Under the pieces are notes generated by a model that was not told where the DNA came from, did no database searches, and saw only the letters and a program-made list of their open reading frames with translations. A DNA stretch of 64,000 nt from Promethearchaeia archaeon (GTDB taxonomy: Archaea; Asgardarchaeota; Lokiarchaeia; Sigyniarchaeales; SOKP01): contig JAHQWJ010000138.1 of the NCBI GenBank assembly GCA_029856125.1, forward strand, positions 1-64,000, written 5' to 3'. Below, piece by piece: positions 59,266 to 64,000 of the stretch; position 1 is the stretch's first letter, and every line of letters begins with the position of its first letter. A program made the translations under genes and the position numbers.

Positions 59266-59754
59266 ATGGAACCGTTAATGATGTTACATAGAAATATCAA
59301 ACTCGACAGAAAATCAATGGAATTAATATCGCTTTTCAATAATATTTCTGGAGCTATTATTAAAGATTGTTTAATATTTGAATCTCCTGAAAATAACTCT
59401 GAAATAATTATATTCTTAGTTAAAAAAGAAGATGTTGGGAAAGCAATTGGTAAAGCAGGGGAACATGTGAAAGATCTTATGAATAAGCTTCAAAAGAAGA
59501 TCGATGTGATTCCTTGGTCAGAAGATCTTGGACAATTCATTCAATTCATATTAAATACTACTAAGAATTCAATCCAAGTTCAAAACATAGAAGTAAAAGA
59601 AAGTAGAAATGAGAAAAAAACCGTGATTATTTCTGTACGACCTCAAGATCGTGGAAAAGCTATCGGTAAAGAGGGTTCAATGATTAGGAAGATAAAAGAA
59701 CTCGTTTTACGTCATTTTGAAGTTGATAACGTAATAATTAACACAAAAAATTAG
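59266..59754 (+). CDS. nusA: Archaeal NusA (two KH domains)
   Basis: GKAIGKAG and GKAIGKEG KH loops; synteny. Confidence 0.92.
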   Translation: MEPLMMLHRNIKLDRKSMELISLFNNISGAIIKDCLIFESPENNSEIIIFLVKKEDVGKAIGKAGEHVKDLMNKLQKKIDVIPWSEDLGQFIQFILNTTKNSIQVQNIEVKESRNEKKTVIISVRPQDRGKAIGKEGSMIRKIKELVLRHFEVDNVIINTKN

Positions 59755-59854
59755 TTCATATTTTTCTCAATTCAAAAATTTTAAGTTTTAAGGTAGATGT
59801 TAAGTTATATCTCATTAAGTAAGATTTTAAAAATAAAGAATAAATTGATTTTTC

Positions 59855-60289
59855 ATGGCAAAACCTAAAGGTCTTTACGCAGCAAGACAACTGAAAAATA
59901 ACCGAAAGAAGCTTAGATGGAGTAAAACTAAATATAAAAGAACCAAGCTTAAACTAAAGCAGAAAGTTGACCCCATGGAGGGATCTCCTCAAGCATTGGG
60001 TATCGTGCTTCAAAAGGTAGGGAGAGAAAGTAAACAACCTAACTCTGCTATTCGAAAGTGCGTCCGTGTTCAGTTAAAAAAGAATGGAAAAACTATCACT
60101 GCTTTTCTTCCAGGAGACGGTGCTCTTAATTTCATTGAAGAACATGATAGAGTACTTGTGGAAGGGATTGGAGGAGCTAAGGGTCGAGCAGTAGGTGATC
60201 TTCCTGGTGTGCGATGGCGCGTAGTTATGGTAAACGGTGTAAGCTTACAAGCGTTAATCTCAGGCAAGAAAGAAAAACCATTGAGATAG
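59855..60289 (+). CDS. rps12: 30S ribosomal protein S12 (uS12)
   Basis: [32 protein letters not shown]. Confidence 0.97.
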   Translation: MAKPKGLYAARQLKNNRKKLRWSKTKYKRTKLKLKQKVDPMEGSPQALGIVLQKVGRESKQPNSAIRKCVRVQLKKNGKTITAFLPGDGALNFIEEHDRVLVEGIGGAKGRAVGDLPGVRWRVVMVNGVSLQALISGKKEKPLR

Positions 60290-60298
60290 GTGTAAAAT

Positions 60299-60916
60299 AT
60301 GAGTAAAGTGAAAAAAGACATTAAACTTTTTAACAAGTGGTCATTTGAAAAAATTGAAGTTAGAGATTGGACCTTGGAAAATTATATTAATCTAAAACCG
60401 GTTATAATTCCTCATACCGCAGGAAGGCACGAGCATAAGCGCTTTTGGAAAACTACTAAAATATCTATTATTGAGCGTTTTGTAAATAGATTACTAGCAC
60501 CCGGTTTTATTGGCAGTAAAATTAAAGGACATAAAAGTTCATACAGTTCTGGCAAAAAAAGTAAACTCTTAAGGAATCTAGAAAATGCTTTTACTTTATT
60601 GGAATTAAACACGGGTCATAATCCAATTCAAGTGCTAGTTGACGCAATTTGTAATTCAGCGCCTAGAGAAGAAACGACACGTATCGCGATGGGTGGAATC
60701 TCCTATGCTTCTGCTGTAGATATTTCGCCACAGCGTCGAGTAGATTTAGCGATTAAGTATTTGATCCAAGCAATTGGCTCAAGTTCTCACTCAAACGAAA
60801 GAGCTTTTGCTGCGAACATCTCTAAGGAGGTAGTATTAGCTTCTCAAGATTCTCAAGAATCTAAAGCAATAAAAAGGAAAGACGAGGTAGAAAGAATAGC
60901 CGTTTCAGCTCGTTAA
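60299..60916 (+). CDS. rps7: 30S ribosomal protein S7 (uS7)
   Basis: KLFNKW, NPIQVLVDAI.NSAPREETTRI, VDISPQRRVD.A, ERIA.SAR. Confidence 0.97.
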   Translation: MSKVKKDIKLFNKWSFEKIEVRDWTLENYINLKPVIIPHTAGRHEHKRFWKTTKISIIERFVNRLLAPGFIGSKIKGHKSSYSSGKKSKLLRNLENAFTLLELNTGHNPIQVLVDAICNSAPREETTRIAMGGISYASAVDISPQRRVDLAIKYLIQAIGSSSHSNERAFAANISKEVVLASQDSQESKAIKRKDEVERIAVSAR

Positions 60917-61141
60917 GAAAGATATAATTTAGGAATCTAATTCAACCCTCTTTATTAATTTTCTTTGTCTTCTTTAATTATTAACCTAACTAGGCTAGAT
61001 TATCAAAAAAAATCGTCCGATATCACCCACATAATATCTAATCTTACTTTGGATTAATAAAATTCCTAATTTTTATATATCTCTTAAGTATATTATTTAG
61101 TTAAGCAGAATTAATGATATTTATGAAGATTTAAACTTAAC

Positions 61142-63139
61142 TTGAATTCCGACAAAAATCACGATGTTTTAGAAAAGCAGCTTAAAACATTAGGTCAAAA
61201 GATTAGGATTGACATTTTAAAGAAATTAAGTCTTACTAGTAATCCTTTACCCTATTCTATACTTCAAAAGGAAGTTTTAGGAACTAATCCAAATTCCGTT
61301 AATTTTTCATTTCACTTAAAGGCGTTGAAAAACAGCGACTTAATGTATATCACCGACGATGGATATGCTTTGAGTGCCTTAGGGGGTCAGATTCTAAAGA
61401 ATATTGTCTCTATTGAAAAAATTCTAAATGAAAAGAACAAAACAATAATGATTAGGACCTCTAAATATTCCAAAGAGCCATTTGATTCAAGTAAAATCGA
61501 AAATTATCTAATTAAGGAAGGTCAAGTAGATGGTCATTTAGCAAAACAGATTGCAAAAGAAGTTGAAGAACGCTTATCTAAAACGAACATAGTATATTTA
61601 ACGGCTCCTTTAATGAGGGAATATATAAACGGAATTCTATTGGAAAATGGTCAAGAAGAGATTAGACATAGGTTGACTCGATTAGGTACTCCTCCTTATG
61701 AAGTTTCTCGATATTTTGATAACGACAGAATTAATCCTGAACAGCTTCTTTCTAAACTCGGATCAGAAGTTTCAGAGCAATTTCTATTGTTAAACTTGCT
61801 ACCGAAGAATTTAGCAGACATGTATTTGTCTGGAGAATTAGTTTTACTGAACTTAAATTACTGGAGTCTAAGACCATTGGGCTTCTATATAGACTCAAAT
61901 TCAATCGTATCTTATCTTTCAGAACGAAAATTAGTGAATTTTAATAATTCAGACAAGCCAATTGAATTGATTAAACTATATTCTAATTTTTTTGATGTCC
62001 TGGGCAAGATAAAGCCTTTTTTCTCTGAAGATATTCTGCTAGGTAATTTTTCTGACTTTTTATTCAAGAGCATTAGTTCCAACGAGAATTCAGAAACTCT
62101 TATTAATTTCCTAAATTCAAAGATTATGAATCATTCAAATAGAATCTATGACCAAAAGTCTCATCTCTCTTTAGAACTCTCTTCTTCTGACATATTTAGA
62201 GATTCTGACGACTTGAATTCGAAAACACCCTCTATTTCTTACTTTTTGGGCAGATTATTTAACCAAATTGATCAAAATGATGGATTTAGTTGTCCTCAGA
62301 TTGTATTTGATTACTCTTTATTGCCTGATAATAAGTCTGGATATGAATTCTTAAGGGAAACCATAAATTCACGTCATTCTAACGATGTAATATTCTCTTT
62401 AAATAATGATCTAAGTTTACTAAATTCTACTTTAATAAATGTGAATAAGAATAATACTAAAGAAGAACAAAAAAGTAGGGTTGTTTTAGATAAAATTTTA
62501 ATAAATTTACATAATATTGCCGATAATTCTAAGCAGAACGATTCTTTATTTTTAGAAAATGTTCAAGAAAAGCTTAATTCAGTATTTGAAATTTTTGCTC
62601 ATAAAAAAGATTTAATAAATAGAAGGTTGTCTACTTCAAAAGAATGGAATAGAATTATATCTGATTTCATTAAACCAGAATCCCTTAGTTGGATAGATAA
62701 CTCATTAAAATCAGTTAGTTTTTTCGGATTAAATGAAGCCATAAAGACTCATTGCGGTATTGAAATCGATAGGATAGAAAACAGCGAATCGTTTGCTTAC
62801 AATCTCCTAATGTTTATGAAAGATATGATTAACGAAATTAACAAAGACCAAAACGAAAATTATATCCTTACTCAGCCCCATAATGACAGTTATCTTTCTA
62901 AACATTGGTGCAGTAATATGGGCGAAGTAGGTACTGGTCCTAACAAATATTGCATAGATATGGTACGAGGGAATTCAAAGTTATCACTAGAGAAAAGAGT
63001 TCAGATTTATAAAAATTTTGAAAGCATTATTGATGGAGGTAGTGTTTTTATATTTAATGTAAATAACAAACCCATAAAAGAATTAATGGCACAATTATCT
63101 TATTCAAAAGTAAACACATTTCAATTAAAAATAGAATAA
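61142..63139 (+). CDS. Winged-HTH + ATP-cone + degenerate class III ribonucleotide reductase (NrdD)-like protein
   Basis: ArsR-like RIDILK.L...FSFHLKAL...Y.L...G; ATP-cone EPFDSSKI...LTAPLMRE.IN..LLE.G...R.RLTRLG.P; NrdD-like VSFFGLNEA, Q/F..GGS; no C-terminal glycyl-radical motif. Confidence 0.7.
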   Translation: MNSDKNHDVLEKQLKTLGQKIRIDILKKLSLTSNPLPYSILQKEVLGTNPNSVNFSFHLKALKNSDLMYITDDGYALSALGGQILKNIVSIEKILNEKNKTIMIRTSKYSKEPFDSSKIENYLIKEGQVDGHLAKQIAKEVEERLSKTNIVYLTAPLMREYINGILLENGQEEIRHRLTRLGTPPYEVSRYFDNDRINPEQLLSKLGSEVSEQFLLLNLLPKNLADMYLSGELVLLNLNYWSLRPLGFYIDSNSIVSYLSERKLVNFNNSDKPIELIKLYSNFFDVLGKIKPFFSEDILLGNFSDFLFKSISSNENSETLINFLNSKIMNHSNRIYDQKSHLSLELSSSDIFRDSDDLNSKTPSISYFLGRLFNQIDQNDGFSCPQIVFDYSLLPDNKSGYEFLRETINSRHSNDVIFSLNNDLSLLNSTLINVNKNNTKEEQKSRVVLDKILINLHNIADNSKQNDSLFLENVQEKLNSVFEIFAHKKDLINRRLSTSKEWNRIISDFIKPESLSWIDNSLKSVSFFGLNEAIKTHCGIEIDRIENSESFAYNLLMFMKDMINEINKDQNENYILTQPHNDSYLSKHWCSNMGEVGTGPNKYCIDMVRGNSKLSLEKRVQIYKNFESIIDGGSVFIFNVNNKPIKELMAQLSYSKVNTFQLKIE

Positions 63140-63146
63140 CGAAAGA

Positions 63147-64000
63147 TTAATCAGATAATAACTCCGCTAAGATTGCCATCCTCATAGGTATTCCATAATA
63201 TGCTTGTTTGAAATAAATTGATTTAGGAGAACCATCGATTTCAGGTGAAATTTCTATAATCCTTGGTAGAGGATGCATAATTTTAAAATCGTCTTTTGTT
63301 TCCTCCAAGTCTTTTTTCCCGAATACATAGAAATCTTTTACTTTTTCATATTCTTCAACATCAGCAAACCTTTCTTTCTGAATTCTCGTGACATAGAGAA
63401 CATCTAAAATACTTAATATTTCTCTATATTTTTCTATTTCTTTGTATTTGGTTTGTCGTTGTTGTAAGAAGTCCTTGTCTCTTTTACGCAGCATCAAGTC
63501 TCTAGGGCTAATAAAATAGATATTTGCATCGTAATTTGAAAGCAATATCGACAAAGAATGTACCGTCCTTCCGTATTTAAGATCCCCCATTATCCCGATA
63601 TTTAAACCGTCTAAACTATGACCCTCTTCAGTAATTGTTAATAAATCTAATAACGCTTGAGTTGGGTGTTCGCCACTTCCAGAACCTGCATTTACAACAG
63701 GTATTTTTGAGAATTTTGCTGCCAACCTGGCTGCTCCCTCTAAATTGTGCCTCATTACGATGCCGTCGCTGTAGTTTTCTACAGTACGAATTGTGTCAGC
63801 AATACTTTCTCCTTTTTTTATAGAAGAAACATCACCAGTATGAAAACCTATCACATTTCCACCTAAGCGATACATCGCGGATTCAAAACTTAAGCGGGTT
63901 CTAGTGGAGGGTTCAAAGAATAGAGTAGCTAAAATCTTACCCTTTAAGATTTCTGTGCCCTTTTTGTTAAGTATCATACCCTTAGCTTTTTTTAAGATAT
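63147..64000 (-). CDS. pyrB: Aspartate carbamoyltransferase catalytic subunit (5' partial; runs off the window edge)
   Basis: FFEPSTRTRLSFE, KGESIADT, HPTQ, GDLKYGRTVHS, TRIQKER, MHPLPR. Confidence 0.97.
   Translation of the reverse strand, partial: ILKKAKGMILNKKGTEILKGKILATLFFEPSTRTRLSFESAMYRLGGNVIGFHTGDVSSIKKGESIADTIRTVENYSDGIVMRHNLEGAARLAAKFSKIPVVNAGSGSGEHPTQALLDLLTITEEGHSLDGLNIGIMGDLKYGRTVHSLSILLSNYDANIYFISPRDLMLRKRDKDFLQQRQTKYKEIEKYREILSILDVLYVTRIQKERFADVEEYEKVKDFYVFGKKDLEETKDDFKIMHPLPRIIEISPEIDGSPKSIYFKQAYYGIPMRMAILAELLSD

Overview
AT-rich, gene-dense archaeal chromosome segment, most consistent with an Asgard archaeon (Lokiarchaeia-like). It has archaeal information-processing genes (rpoA1/rpoA2-rpl30e-nusA-rps12-rps7; pus10-rpl21e-rpo4-DUF655-ksgA-HemK-like; rpl35ae; XPD, NurA, RecJ/DHH). 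It also has several eukaryotic-signature proteins (ESCRT-III, a steadiness-box ESCRT-I-like protein, three Rab-like small GTPases, two roadblock proteins, a presenilin) and metabolic genes (gcvP, MTAP, mch, FrhB-like, glycogen synthase, GH57, GH127, DHQ synthase II, pyrB). No rRNA, tRNA, CRISPR array or transposase was recognised. The main finding is a tandemly duplicated histone locus whose second copy is interrupted by a 29-nt insertion (48942-48970, minus strand). The insertion folds with the flanking exon sequence into a canonical bulge-helix-bulge (hBHBh') motif. The standard tRNA-endonuclease cut positions excise exactly those 29 nt and restore a full 68-aa histone, so this is a candidate endonuclease-type intron in a histone mRNA. 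Secondary findings are apparent ATA/ACG start codons, an HTH + ATP-cone + catalytically dead class III RNR protein, a lysine/proline-repeat tail on RpoA', and zinc-ribbon additions to MTAP and XPD. All functional calls are from motif recognition by eye; no database searches were run.
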